A stretch of DNA of 47,145 nt from Craspedostauros australis (Eukaryota): the NCBI GenBank assembly GCA_030167865.1, contig JALAGF010003024.1:1-47145 (forward strand). Reading direction: 5' to 3'. A program made the position numbers and the translations under genes. Below, in pieces: positions 21,690-35,308 of this stretch; position 1 is the stretch's first letter, and every line of letters starts with the position of its first letter. The notes under the pieces were generated by a model. It was given only the letters and a program-made list of their open reading frames with translations. It had not been told where the DNA came from and did not search any database.

Positions 21690-23279
21690 CTAGCTTCGGC
21701 CGCCATCCAATGGGATATCCTTCATCCCATCCGCCTTTTCTGAGAACTCATCCTCGAAAGACTCATTTGTTCTCTCCTTCAATTCGTCGTCGTCATCCTC
21801 GCTGTCCATGCCATCGTCGCTGTCTTCCTCTTCACCTTCTCGGATGACGTACGTCTTTCCAAGTCGCCAGTCATGGGAAGCATCGACAGACACGTCGCAT
21901 GTATGAGCGCCGACGGTCTTGTCGCCGCTCATGGTCTTGGTGGGAGCATGCTCATCGTCCTCCTCGATCTCTCCGTTGTCGCGACGTTTGCGCAGGACGA
22001 TGATGCCGACGGCCAGCACGAGAATTCCGGCCGCTCCGGCAGCCAATCCAGCCGTGGTGGTGGTCTTGCCCGCCACTCGGCGCAGATCCGTGAGCCCGGC
22101 TCCGGGTGCCGAACGGGCCGCGTCGATGGCGGCTCCCTTGACGACGTCGGTGGTGCGGGACAGCGGGTTGGCGGCTGGCAGGGCGTTGAGACGCTTGATG
22201 TATTCGGCGAGTTTGTCACCCTCGAAGGCTTGCGTCATGATGATGTCCAGCTCGCTGATGGTGGGCAAGAAGACGGTGTTTGGAGCAAAGAGACCGAGGG
22301 TTTCGTACTCGATGGACACTGGGAAGTCTTCTCCTGGGATGGACTGCTGGCGCGCGAAGGCCGTCAAGAAGTCATCGATGTTGATCAGGGACGTTCCTAC
22401 GAAGGTCTCGAAGAAGGTCTCCTCCAAAAAGACGCGCGTGAGTTCGGTCACCTCGGCAAAATTGGAGTCCGACGGCGTTTCCTCGAGGTCGAACGCGTAG
22501 AGGAGAGAAAATACGGAAGGCGAAACTCGAAGGGAGGTTGCCGATGTCGGTGATTGCGTTGTTGGCGTTGGTGCCACTGGGGCCTTTGTTGGTGAGACGG
22601 CTGTGATTTGGGAAGATGGTATGGGGTTGGATGTTGGAAGTTGGAAGGGGCGGTTCGAAAAGTAAAGAGTGACATCGCATATTGGTGATGATGGTCGAGA
22701 AGGAGGGAGAAGAGGAAAGCGTCAGTTCAACTGCAAGCAATCTTTATCACGCTCGATCGGAGGCACAAGGCCAAATGAGAATCTGCCTCCTTCGCAGACT
22801 AGCCGATGTCGATGACGACTTGGGAGTTGCGAGTACTTACTTGGCATGTGAGTTGGGGACATCGTTGGTGTGTTGGTTGGCGCTGTGGTCATTTGAACAG
22901 CCGAATTGGCGCTCTTGGCTGACTTTGATACCGAAGGCTCCTTGGAGCTCTTGCCAGTCGCATCGCTCTTGTCGCTCTTGTCGCTCTTATCACTCTTGTC
23001 ACTCTTATCGCTCTTGGAGGTTTTCGATGGGCTCTTGGTGGACTTTGATGGGCTCTTCGTGGACTTTGATGTCCTGCTGTGCGAAGAAGTGTCAGTCGTA
23101 GATGGAGAGGTGGCTGATGTGGTTGTAGGCATTGCCATATCCTCAGAGTCCATTCGCATGATTCCGTCTTGCAGGTGCCTCTGGCCAACCTTTGCGCTTG
23201 CGCTAGTTTCACCAAAGGCCACAGTTGAAAGGCAGAGCGTTGCCGCCAGCACGAAGACTGATCGGATTGAGATTTTCAT
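21690..23279 (-). CDS. Array paralog A: RXL/KxxK-rich type I membrane protein; exons 23279-22841, 22600-21690 (~449 aa)
   Basis: Signal peptide MKISIRSVFVLAATLCLSTVAFG, RHL, KSTKSPSKSTK...KSDKSDKSDK. Phase-1 intron 22840-22601 (GTAAGT...CACAG) joins MP|TVSPTKAP in frame. Shared luminal domain, TM (AAGAAGILVLAVGIIVLRKRR), acidic tail. Confidence 0.85.
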
Positions 23280-25087
23280 CGTTGCAGTACGTCGTTTGTG
23301 TTTGTGTGATGTGCGCGATGTATCTGTGCAATGTGCCGTGCGCTACAATATAAAGTGATCGAATGCCGTTGTCCGATTGCAATGCCTATGTACGTTTCCT
23401 CGTTTATGAACGTCGGGTTGGTTGCTGTTGGTGCGTGATGGGTGGGTATGATGTCGTTGGCGTATTGGTATGCTGTGAGTTGCTGCTCGATGCTGGTGTT
23501 GTGGCGGTTTATGATCGATGAGTGACCGATTGATTTTGTGATGCTGGTGGACGTGGTGGTCGTGGTGGTAGCGGCGGAGGTGCCGACTGCGTTCGAAGTT
23601 GTGAGCGGTGATCTGCGAGCGGTGGGCCACACGCCGTGAGCTGTTTGAGTTGATGGTCTAGAAAGAGAGAGAGAGACGTTGGTGAGGGTGTCTTGTGTTC
23701 GATAAAATTGGTCTTGTTGAGGCAATTTGTGACAAGAGTGCAATCAGGTGTTGTGCGATGCGTTGGATCCCTTCTGTGTGACTTTTTGCCAATTTTGTTG
23801 CGGACACTGACATGACCATGCTCGTGTCCGTGACACTAATTTATGTGTGTCGCGTGTCGCTGGACAAAGCCAGCCAGTCACAGTCTGGTAACGGTTGGAA
23901 ACACGACTTTTGTTCACATAATTGGCCATCATCCACTTTTCGCAATCCTCTCAAAAAGACTCGACATCGATACCCTCGATTGGCACAGGCAAGAACAGGA
24001 GCCACAGCAATCACACAAGCGACAGCAACGTTGACTACTATACTAATCTCCTCTACGTATGAACAAGCGGCGGGACGCGAGGGGCACAAGCAAATGGCAA
24101 AAGAGATTCAAACGATTGACGTCGAGCTGGCTCTTTTCTACCGAGAACATAGCTGTCCCAGGCCTACGTGCCAACATCATCACCTCGAAACCCAGCGTCT
24201 CATCTCAGCACCTGGACATCAACATGAAATGCAACATCGAAGTGCAACATCGAAGGATCCATCAGGCGGAACGATCGGATGGACGAACGATGCAAGTATG
24301 AGCAGAGTCAAACATCCCATGGCCCCGGCATACCAATAGCATCAAGCTGTTCGTTTTTGTTTGTTTTTGTTTTCATTTCCTCTGTTGGAATCGATCCGAT
24401 TCCGAACGTAGATCGTACTCGTACAACTTCAGGGTGTTGAATAGGCAGTACTGGTTGCGGTTTTGCATCTTCGGCACTGTGTATGATACGATCCCGCCAT
24501 CCCATGGTGCCGCAGAGTGACAGATTTCCACCTCAATCATCCATACAAGTAGCACTCCTGCTCCTACCACACCTTCCGTACCTCCCCCATCCCATGATAT
24601 TCGCGTCGCAAGACATTGCGGGAGTATCTCGTCCTTGCGAATGGTTTCTTCGTCATTCATTGGTTGCCTGGTCATGCACACACGAATCTCAACACACCCA
24701 ATGAGAATCTGCTCTGTTGGAAATGTTCTGGCTGTCCGCGATACACGAACACGGACACGCGTACCATGCATACAGTCTGCAAAGTGATAGACGATGGCGT
24801 TGTGCATCGGAATGAAGATGATGAGGTAACATGGATTTCTACTGTGTACATTATTATGATTGTTCGAAGTATGACAGCTCCTTTCGTCCAATCGGATGAC
24901 ATGCGACCGTCCAAGGGTGTATGCTCTCCACTCTCTGTCTGTTTCATTTCATTTGGTTTCGTCTCTTTTTCAGACCGTTCCGCCGCTGGTTGCCCGCCAC
25001 ATTGCCACGTCTGAAGTTGCTTCGTTGCAAGGAGATACGAGTGAGTAAGTCATAGAATACTATTGTATTCCATTCGTAGCAGGATGA

Positions 25088-27232
25088 TTAAGCAAAGGTG
25101 CCTGTGTGGGATGGGGACGCGGAGAGTTCAGACAGGCTGATATCATCGGCTTCTGACATTTCTTCACTCAGCAGCGACTCGATCTCTGCCACCGACATAG
25201 GCCGTCTTGCTGAGGCCTCACCGTCGATGGTACCTCCTGCCGTCATGTTGGATGCTTCATTATGCACTGATCCGGCAGTGGATTCGTCGAACTCTTCCAT
25301 GAAGAACTTGTCGAACTGATGGTGCGACGTCGAGTTGTCGGAGGTCGCGCGGTTGTTGGCATCAGCTCTGGCCGCTTCTTGAAGGTAGTTGGAAACCGAT
25401 TGCGGTACGCTATCCATTGTGCGCTGCTGTGGTTCCATGTCGTGGTCTCCCTGGGCGGCCGAGTTCGTGGAGAAGACGATGGTCTCGGAATGGCTTTCGC
25501 CACCCGAGTTGGATGGCGAAGGGCTTGGTCCGAAGGAAAAGCGGGAAGCGCTATTGGTGGGTGCAACATCCTGGTTGTCACAGATCTCGTCTTCGAAGCC
25601 GTCCTCTGGGACGGTGCTGTTGTCGGCCGCGGCATTGTCCATGACAGACTCGTCTTCGTCCCACACAGGCGCAACCGACGATGAATCGAACGTGTGCGTC
25701 GCAGAGTCCAAGTCGATGTTGACCATGTCGCCGTGCTCTTCATCGCGGGCGTAGGAGGGTGAGCTGACGAAGGTGTCTCCGGTGTAGGTCTCTCCGGCGA
25801 TTGTTGCGTCGCCTGACATCGTGTTGGATTTGCCGATACCCTTTTCGAATCCCTTGCCAACGTACTCGATCTCATCGTCGCTGTTCATGCCACGTCGGTA
25901 AAGGATGACGCCGGCCGTGAGGATGATGAGCCCGCTGGCCCCTGCGATGATAGCTCCGCGTGCTGCGTGGCTGCCACGGGAGCTGTCGGAGGTGTTGGAA
26001 CGGTTCGTGGAGGATGGCGTCACGATCGCAGCGTTCGAGACAGCGGTTGTTCTACTGAATGGATTGGCTGATGGGAGGTTGGCTCCAAGGAAGGCGATGT
26101 AGTCGGCGGCACTCTGTCCCTCAAAGGCACCCTCGATGGTAGTTCCCAAAGAGTTCGAGTTGGTGAGAGCGTCGCTGGAGGACTCGGTGAAGTTCGCGGT
26201 GGAGTCGAAGATGACTGTAATACCGTTGGTGGCGCTGCTTGTGACGAAGTCGACGGTCATGGAGAGGTACGTCGCCATTGGAGTTGAATCGAATGCAGTC
26301 TCCAAGAAGTCATCCAAGAATGCCTGCGTTTGGATGGCGAGGTTGTCAAAATTATCCCGTGAAGGATCCGGCAGACCGGATGGGATACTGTAGGCAACAG
26401 CGTATCGGTCTAGGATGATGGTCTTGGCATCTTCAGGTTCCGTTGGAGCGGCGGTATCAGATCCACCACCATCGGTTGGGGCAGCAGCGGGCGAACCAGA
26501 GCCTGTGGTCGGTGCAGCCGCTGGTGAGCCTGTTGTAATCGGCGTTGGTGGGCGAGGAGCTGTTGTTGGAAGGCAGAAGGAAGGGATAAGAACATGCACG
26601 TTATGATCGAGGGTAAACGATATAGTAGAGGCATGTGGTGAGAGATGCGTTTCATGTCAGAAAATGAATGGCTTTCTCCGCCGGCAGTCTTCGGACAGTG
26701 CACTGGGTAACGTCCAGCTCAGGTATTGATGCTGATTTATTTGGCGCAAAACGAGACAGAACACAAGAGGCATGACAAGCCCGCTCAGTTCTTCTCACTT
26801 ACCGCTTGTCCTGCTTGCACTGGGCACGCCTGGGCGGGTTGGGCCGGGGGTACTGCTTGGCTGGCCTGGAGCTCTGGTCATGGTTGGCGCTGCTGTTGAT
26901 GTTGGCATGCTTCCACCCTTTGCGCTCTTGCCCGACTTTGTGGATCTGGAATCACTGCCGTCCTTGGGGGCCTTGCTGCTCTTGTCTCCGGACTTCATGT
27001 TTTTGGACGGAGACTTGGAGCTCTTCGAGCCTCCAGATCCATTTGACGACTTGGATTCCTTGCTGCTGTGCTCAGCAAAGATGGTCTGTTCGTCTTTGCT
27101 CTCACTCGATTCCAGGATGCGGCTGACGAGGTGTCCCCTGTCGTCTCCGATACTGGCGCAGCATATGCTTGGCAGCGATGCTAGAGACAGCATCGCGAAA
27201 AGCTTGACAGCGTTGATTGTGCTGATCTTCAT
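25088..27232 (-). CDS. Array paralog B: RXL/KxxK-rich type I membrane protein; exons 27232-26803, 26559-25088 (~633 aa)
   Basis: Signal peptide, RIL, KSSKSPSK/KSTKSGKSAK. Phase-1 intron 26802-26560 (GTAAGT...AACAG). Shared domain ending LPSANPFSRTTAV, TM GAIIAGASGLIILTAGVILYRR. Confidence 0.85.
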
Positions 27233-28441
27233 GATTTCGATTTCGTTGTTGGTTGGCTTGTGTGAGTGCGAATGGGAGTTTGTATGACTGTTGCTCTCGA
27301 TGTTGCTGCTGTTCTGCGTGCTTGGGCTGATGCCGTGAGGGTCGCTGAGAATGCCTTTGCTTGGTTGGATGCTTGGTTATCTGATTGCTTGCTTGCTGGG
27401 TCGACTGGTTGATCGATTGTTGTTGATGTTGGTTTTTATGCTCTGAGTTGGGGATCGGCATCCTATTGCCTCCTTGGACAGGTAGAGCAACAACCACGTC
27501 CTCCTGTCCATACACTTTCTCGTCCTCCTTTCCTCTTGCCTACTCATTCTTTTGCATCTGGACGGAGAAAGGAGTGGAAAATGTGAGCTTGGTTTTGAGC
27601 CGTTGGATCTCGTTGCGGAAATTTGCCGCCAATTTTGTTGCCCCATTGATCCGTCAACTCGTGTCACAGGAGTCACAGGCACGACACATACGATATTTTT
27701 GGTGGGCGGAGTATTCCGGGACTCGATTTCCAAGTCAACGGTGCTAATGTGTGCTTTCATGTCGTGGTTGTTGTGCTGTGAATCGTGGTTGAATGCAAGC
27801 TCGATTCGTTTGATCCCAAGTGTGATGGACATTGAGTCACATGAGTCGAATGACCGATTTGCTAGCTCTGGGAAACAAGACACCGACAACACACCACCAC
27901 ACTCGTAGAGATGGCGATTGCTTTGGCAGATTCGAACCCCTTCAAACATTGGAATGGTTGCTTCTGCAACACGGAGGCGGGAGTTAGGTATGCGACTGCT
28001 GCGTGGGCCCACTCGCTGACCGGGGTCGATGGAAACAAGGTCAGGAGAATGTACGTAGAGCAGAGTGAGTCGCACTGTTTATTGTTATTGCCATACATAT
28101 ATTAGATGTCATCCGGCTACTTTCCCGTAAGCACGCCGCGAGACCATCACGAAGCAGATTGAACATTCGCACAAAATGCTTGCTCGATTCGAAAGAGAAA
28201 ATGAAACATCTAAAGAGTACTATGGTCACAGGGAGTGTTAAAGTAGCCCAGCTGGAGTTGGCGTTGTATGAGACAATGTTTCAAGTGGCTCGTTGTCATG
28301 GTGGATCCGCGCTTGCCTTGGACGACCTCGTTGACTAGAGTACTCTATGTGAGAGCACGGATGCTTGAGCTGGCGAACGAAGCTGCTCTGGTTACGGTCG
28401 TCTGCGTCGTATTCTTGGCCACCGAGGTTGTATCATCCAGT

Positions 28442-31024
28442 TCAATCATCCAAATCAATCGATAGCATGGATTCAATCTCAGCAACGGTTCTTGGGCGCG
28501 TGGATACGGAGCTTTCCTCATCGAGAAGATCAACGCCGACGACAGAATCATCGCATGTCAGCATGGCCTCGATCTCCGCCACGGTTCTTGGCCGTGTCGA
28601 TGAGTGTGTGGACGTTGATTCCAATTGGTGCTCGTTGTTGTTGTCGTCATGAGTATCGGAGGTGCTAAGTTTCTGTTCACCGTAGTTGTTGTCGTAGTTT
28701 GTTTCATCTTCGACATCCATCGAGTCTGTGGATCCATCCAGGCAGTACGAAAGGAAGGCTTCGATGTCTTCCGATTTTTTAGACTCCAGAGATGGAATAG
28801 ACTGCGCAGCATCCGCGGATGGGGTCACATCTTTGATACTGTCGATATATGACTCCGATGTGGTTCCGTCGAATTCATCCTCGAAGTCGTCGATCATGAC
28901 AGACTGGATCTCCGAAGAAAGGCTCGCATCATCCTCGCCATGCTCGTCGTGATCTTCATCGTGGCTATCGCTGTTGTGATAGGTGTTATCGTTGTGGCCG
29001 TTTTGCATGAAGGCCTGGGCCTGACGGTCTTCAGCTTTGTCCAACGATGGAGTGAAGCCTTCTTCCATGATGGTCTCCGACATATTCTTGATCTCATGGT
29101 ACTTGTGCCCTGCGGAGAGAGCAGAGGCACCCTCCCATGTTGGAATAATAGAGCTGTCGTCGGTACCTTCGGCAATCGGATCGAGAATTTTGAGCGCCGG
29201 AGCCGAGTGGCTGGCGTCACCATCTCGATGATGCATGTTGCTGAGATACTCCAACGATGAACCACCGACGGAGCCGTTGCCATCGTATGTCTCAGCGTAC
29301 GTCTCGGCGTAGGTTTCGCCTGCGACAGTTCCATCACCTTCGAGTTTGTCCAGCTTCTTCGCGTTTGTCTCGACCTCATCCTCTTCGTCGCGGCGTCTGT
29401 AGATGACAATGCCAGCGGCCAGCAATGTGACAGCAACTGCTCCCGCAGCAATTGCACCGCCATTGCTGCCTCTGGAACGGTTGGCTGGTTTTTCTTCGGG
29501 GACCGGGGTGAGCGGGGCGGCGTCGTCCCCCAGCAAACGGATGTTGTCCACCGACTGGAAGAGGTTGCCATCAGGGAGCGAACGGAGCAGGGAGATATAT
29601 GAGATCATGTTGATGTCGCTGAAGGCCCTGGTGATCGCTTCGTTGAATTGGGCGGATGTCGTCATGACTTCCGATCCTGAGTTGACGCTCGCAGTCGGGT
29701 CATACTGGATATGGACGAGGTCATCGACCATGTTGAAGGATCCTGCCTTGTACTCTGTGACGACGTCGTCGATGATGGTCACGGGAGGTTGATGGAAGAT
29801 GTCCCCAATGAAGTCCTTCACGTACTGTGCTGTCAGCAGCGTCAACGCATCGAGCTCCTCGCGCATTGGGAGGCGTTCTCCATTGACATTGTACTCCAAC
29901 CGGAAGTCATCGACATCGACCGAAACGCTGGTTGTGCGGATCGTGTCATCTGGATCGACCGGATTGACATCTGGGACGGGCACAGGCTCTTGCGTTGGCT
30001 CGGCTGTTGGCGTCTCTGTTGTTGCGCTTCCATCAGTTTCATCTTCGTCTTCGTCGTCTGCGTCATCGTCTTCGTCGGTGCCTTGTCCTGTGGCAGTGGC
30101 TGTTTGAGAGTGATGCAACAGCAACGATGCAGTGTTTGCGGTCGGATCGCCGATAGTCGCGAAGAGAGTAGTGAGAAATCGGCTTGCATTTTATGCATCA
30201 TTTCCAAAGATCACTGCACGCTGAAACTTCAAGACGAAAGAATGATCGCAACAGCAGCAACAGCAGTATCATTCAATACGCCATGCGAAGCACCTTCCTC
30301 TAATAGTCGCTTTGCATGGCGCGACGGACGCACTGAACTTACTCGGACTGGCGGTTGGTGCCATGGTATCATCTTCTTCGCACTCATCGAGATCTTCGGC
30401 TGCCTCATGGTGGTGGGCACGGCCTTCGCCTCTGAGACGTCTTCTGGTAATACAGTCTGTGCTGTCATGGGATCCGCTATCGTCAGAATAGTGATCGCCG
30501 GAGTGACCGCTAGCATGGCTGTCCCCACTGTAGTATCCCTTTCCTTTGCCATGACTCCTGCTTCCTTTTCCGTGGCCCTTGCCATGTCCATCGCCACTGC
30601 TCACTGGCTCATGCGTGGCAGAACCACCGCCCTTACCATGCCCCTTACCGTGACCTTTTCCGAGGCCCTTTCCTTTGCCTTTGCCTTTGCCACTGCTCGC
30701 TGGTGCGCGAGATGAAGATGCACCGCTGTGGCCCTTTCCCTTACTACTCTTTCTTGTACCTTTGCCGCTGGATTTGCTGCCGTCAGCATGCGCTGCAGCG
30801 TACTCTTGCATATGCTTGTTGTGGATGCTGGAACTTGCGTCATGATACGAGACGACATTGGATGCGTGAAGTTTCGGCTCCTGTTCAAGAGATTCGAGAT
30901 CGTCCGTTGTTCGTGGACGGAGCCGCCGATCGCTGAAGGTGCGTGCATCAACGCAGTTGAAGCTGGTCGCTACGAAGAGTAGCGCTGCGAGAGCAAGTAG
31001 AACAGATCGGGAGGTTGTCATCAT
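28442..31024 (-). CDS. Array paralog C: RXL, Gly/Lys/His-rich type I membrane protein; exons 31024-30343, 30099-28442 (~779 aa)
   Basis: Signal peptide, RRL twice, GKGKGKG and GKGHGKGH repeats. Phase-1 intron 30342-30100 (GTAAGT...AACAG). Shared domain ending LPDGNLFQSV, TM GAIAAGAVAVTLLAAGIVIYRRR. Confidence 0.85.
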
Positions 31025-32092
31025 GGTGATGCGCTTGGTGTTGCTGATATGCTCGGTGTTCTTGTTGCGACTGTGTCAGCGTGGCAGTGTCCCTTTGGTG
31101 TTTGGCTCTGCGTTGTTCGTTTGAGTTTGTTGTCGCTGTGCGGATGATCGTGATTGTGATTGTGATTGCTGCTGGGTGGTAAGGATGGAGAGGACAACCA
31201 CAGCAACAACAACGCGCTGCTTGTGTCTATTCGTCGTATGGTGCAGTGGGACGCTTCTGGACGCTGCAGCGCACAAGCAGTGACTGTTCGCAAATTGTGA
31301 GAGCCAGCGGTTGGTGAACTTTTTTGGCCGGTTGCGAGCACCCTGGAGCATTTTTTGGAGGGGTTTTGTGTGTGTGGCGTGAGTTTGTGTGACACAAAAC
31401 GTTATAACACCACATAGTCAGTCATTGAGACGTTAAGATGCCCGATTTTGAAAACATCGCGGTGCGCCGTGGCGAGCCATCATGCTCTCTCGAGGTGCTC
31501 GATCCGATCACAAGCACATACAATCTGCAACCTGCACGGAGCGGAACAGCAGAGCATTCAGATCTGTCGTACACACACATCATGGAGGGATTACTATCCA
31601 TCATGACTGCTACATACTTCATCCCACCCCACCCCACCCCATCACATCCAAGTCTAGTCGAGCCCAGCCTGTTGCAAGGGCACTGTAGGCTTGTATGTTC
31701 TACATGCCAGCAGCAAGACAGATGTCCTCCAACACCACCACGAAGTACATCAACCATGGATGTAGCAGAGTGCTCGACTCCAGAGAGTGCGCAGAATAAT
31801 ACAAATTAGTATGCAGAGTGGAGCGTGCAGTAGTAGCTCTGGATAAGATAACATTCGAATTAACCGATACATACATATCAGTGTATGGTTGAGTACTCAA
31901 TTCCCTATGATTCATGTTTTGGTGGTATCTTCGCTCATGCTCGAAGTGGATCTCCATGGAGATCTCCCCTGACACTCAACTTGTTTCAAGTTTGGACCAT
32001 CACAACTTCCCCTTCCCCAGCCTGGCATAAATATGTTTCGGTAGTAGTTAACAACGAAGAGCTGGGGCGTCCCATGTTCTGTGCGCTGCTGT

Positions 32093-35000
32093 TCAGCAGT
32101 GTACCTCTGCGCCTGTGTCTTCATCCGAGAGGCCGCTGAGATCTTCATCGGAATCGAGATCCACAAGCCGCTCATCTTCTTCACGCAATTCCTTGAACGA
32201 TCGTTGGCTACTGATGTCATCGTCGCTGGTATCGTCTGAGCCATACCGGGACCTACTCATCTTCTGTGCGTCAACTGACTGGTCGCTTGTGAATGGATTG
32301 GTCGATTCATCTTTTGTTGGTGGTGGGGGGAGGTCTGAGTCCCATGATGATGAGTCTGATGGATCGTGTGCCCACATCTCAAGCGCCGCCCGGCCTTCCT
32401 CGATCTTTCCGAAGGGCATGCTTGGCAGACCGGCGCGTTTCTGTCTCGTTGTCAGAGGATTGTGCAAGGTGGAGATGTCGCAATCCTCGTCTTCGTCAAA
32501 CTGGAGGAGAGAGCCAATCGCAGTCCCATTCTTGGAGCTTGAAAAGCCGCCACCCACGGATCTGCTGTCTCCTTCGTCGTCGCCTCCGCAAGAGCCGTGG
32601 CTGGAGTTCTCGCGGGAGCTAGGTTCCTCCATGATGGGGGTGGTGAGGAGGTGCGACCGTTCTGCGCTCAGTGGAGTCTCTTCATAGTCAACGCCCACCT
32701 TCACTGAGTCATTATCCCAGTTGCGCCTGCCATGGTCCGTCGAGACGCTTTTTTCGATATCATCGTCTCCGTAGAAATCGTTTCGCAAGCCGGCTGGGGT
32801 TGCCCAACTCTTGTCCACGGATGACGCAAACGTCACCACCGTCGTCTCCCCGCTGTCATCTCTTGGTTGAGTGATCTTCCCTCTGTTCCTGCGCTTGCCG
32901 ACTGGCTTGATCAAGCTGCCATCTTCTCCGTCTTCGGCGTCATCGCTGTCCATCATCCGTCGCCGAATGATCAACCCCGCGGATGCGAGAGCGACGACGC
33001 CGGCTACTGCTCCAGCCAGCAATGTGGAGGTGTTTGATCTCGAACCGCTTTGCGACGGGCTTGATGGCAAGAAGAAGACTTCCACGACGCTGGAGAAGAT
33101 GCTCTCGGCGTTCATCGCGACGAGGAAGTCGTTGTATTCCACCAACGGATCACCCGAGAATGCTGCGCCAACAATGGCATCCAAGTCTTCTGTTTGAAAT
33201 TCACGAGTTTCTGGGGCGCGAAGCTGCGCGTGCGTTTGGAATGTCATGGAGAAGAAGCTCCCATTGATCACCCCATCGTTCACTGGGATGGTTTCGAAGC
33301 TATCGACGACAATGTCATTGTTGTCAGTGACCCAGGACACCATGAAAAGCTTCATGTACTGATTCGTGATGTCGACCAATGCTCGAATGTCATCTTCAGA
33401 AGGCACCACTGCTGCTGGGAACTGGTAGCCGATGATGAATGAAGATGAACTTGCTTTTCTCACGACCTTCTCAGGAGCTTGCGAAGGGCTCATTGTTTCA
33501 GCTTCTGCTTCTGCTTCTGCTGCAGGATTCGCGATGGGATCCATCGGTTCAATCTTTGTGGCTGTTGGAGTCGAAGTTGGCGCTGATGGTTCTCCGAGAA
33601 CGTCCGTGTTTTCGTTGAAGCCAAATGTCGGGCCGCTTGTTGGAAGTTCAGTCGGCTCCCTACCATTGCCTCCGTTGCCATTGTTTCCGCTACCTCGCGT
33701 TGGTTCCAAGGTTAACCGCAAGGTCGCCCGCGAGGTTGGCTGCAAAGTTGGCTGCAGAGTTGGCTCTTGTCCAGTACCTCCGTTCCCATTGTTCCCGCTC
33801 CCGCGTGTTGGTTGTATAGTTGGCAGCAGGGTCGGCTCAGCGGTCGGACTGACAGTTATTGGGCTCGGCGTGGCCCTGATAGTTGGGACGTGCGTTGGAA
33901 CCATTCCTTGGGATGGCTCTCCGGCGGGTGTCGGGGACATTCCAAGGACTGGGGGTAGCGAAAATGCCGGCGTGATTGTGATTACTACGCTTGGCAACGA
34001 GACTGGCATGAAGGAAGTGCTTGAGGGTGTTTCTGTTGGCGAAGTGGGTGATGTCGGATCAGTCGGTGACGTTGGTGATGTCGGGTTTGTTGGACTTGTC
34101 GGATTCGTTGGATTGGTAGGAGATGTTGGATTTGTTGGGTTCGTCGGATTGGTAGGCGACGTTGGATCCGTTGGTGAAGTGGGGTTTGTTGGATTCGTTG
34201 GATTGGTTGGGCCTGTTGGGTTGGTGGGTGAAGTTGGCGACGTCGGATCAGTGGGGTTGGTCGGAGTTGAAGGTGAAGTTGGTGATGTTGGATCCGTCGG
34301 CCCTGCTGGCGCTGTCGGATCAGCAGGAGACGTCGGAGTTGTCGGACCCCCAAGGGAGGGAGTGGGAGACGGGGTAGCGTCTGGTGCTCCCGACCCAGTT
34401 GAAGTTGATGGCGATCTTGTTGGACCTTCGCAACGAGAACAAAGCAAAAGCGAAAGAGGGAATATAACAGTAAGCAATGTGAGTTCGATGTTCCCAAAAC
34501 ACCCGCTCAACTGCATGTCAACCCAAAGATGATGCAGAAGAGAATCCTGAATCCAACTGCATTTCCGTTTTTGCACAGTTCTTCCCAATGGATCGCACTA
34601 ACCTGTTGATGTAGAGGAGTTGTCGGAAGATGAACCCTTGCCATGTCCCGCCTTTGTGAGCTTTGAGTTCCTGAAGCCCCCTTTGCCTTTGGATCGCTTC
34701 CCTGGTCCACCCGGAGCCTTCGATGATCCATCTCCCTTGCCTTTGCCCTTCCCTTTTCCAGAATCTCCTGTCCTGTCTTCTCCCTTTCCCTTGCCTTTTC
34801 CCTTGCCTTTTCCCTTGCCACCATTTGCTGATGAGCTGGGCGAGCTTTGCGATTTGGAGGACTTCATCCCCTTGCCTTTGCCTTTGCCCTTCCCGTCACC
34901 GCTGCTGCCGCCTTTGCCCAAAGAATTGTCCATGCCCACTGTACCATCGAAGAACTGTTCGAACTCTGCGATAAGGTTTTCACCCACGAACGGTTGCCCT

Positions 35001-35308
35001 ACCACGGACGCCATGCCTTTACCACCGCTGCGATCTCGGGACGACGAATCTGACTTGCTTGACTTGGAGTCCAGCTGTCGTTCTGCGTCAGACCGGAAGG
35101 TGCTATGCCGCGCACGCTCATCGAGCGCTTTGTCATCATGCGGTGCTTGAAATGTGCGATACCGTCTCGAGGGCTTGTTGTTCCCGCGGCGAGTATGTCC
35201 ATGCTGACTGTAGGCACTCGCAGCGACAGACCATCCAGCTTGCATCGCATGCAGAGCAAAGAGCACTGCGGATACCGCAAGATGACGGTGTTTGATTCTC
35301 AGCATCAT
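32093..35308 (-). CDS. Array paralog D: RXL, GK-rich type I membrane protein with a long PT(S/D/N) stalk; exons 35308-34603, 34425-32093 (~1012 aa)
   Basis: Signal peptide, RQL-DSKSSK, GKGKGKGKG runs. Phase-1 intron 34602-34426 (GTTAGT...GAAG) keeps the frame. More divergent copy of the shared domain, TM LLAGAVAGVVALASAGLIIRRR. Confidence 0.8.
34040..34345 (-). repeat. Coding tripeptide repeat PT[S/D/N/G], roughly 30 units with 9-bp periodicity, in paralog D
   Basis: PTSPTDPTSPTNPTNPT... in the translation; recurring gttgg/gtcgg on the + strand. Confidence 0.9.

Noticed and set aside
23400-25000. Possible sixth array member or pseudogene in the A-B spacer (also checked the 27300-28400 and 38700-40000 spacers)
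   Set aside because: No signal peptide/KxxK exon, shared-domain residues or TM-basic segment found on the minus strand.
29711-30715. 334-aa + strand ORF with hydrophobic stretches
   Set aside because: Antisense to paralog C exons and intron; no independent family features.
34040-34345. Periodic repeats considered as a possible CRISPR array
   Set aside because: 9-bp coding periodicity with no unique spacers, no cas genes, and a eukaryotic context.
33432-34532. 366-aa VG-repeat (elastin/collagen-like) ORF on the + strand
   Set aside because: Mirror of the PT(S/D/N) repeat in paralog D, which has splice, domain and TM support on the minus strand.
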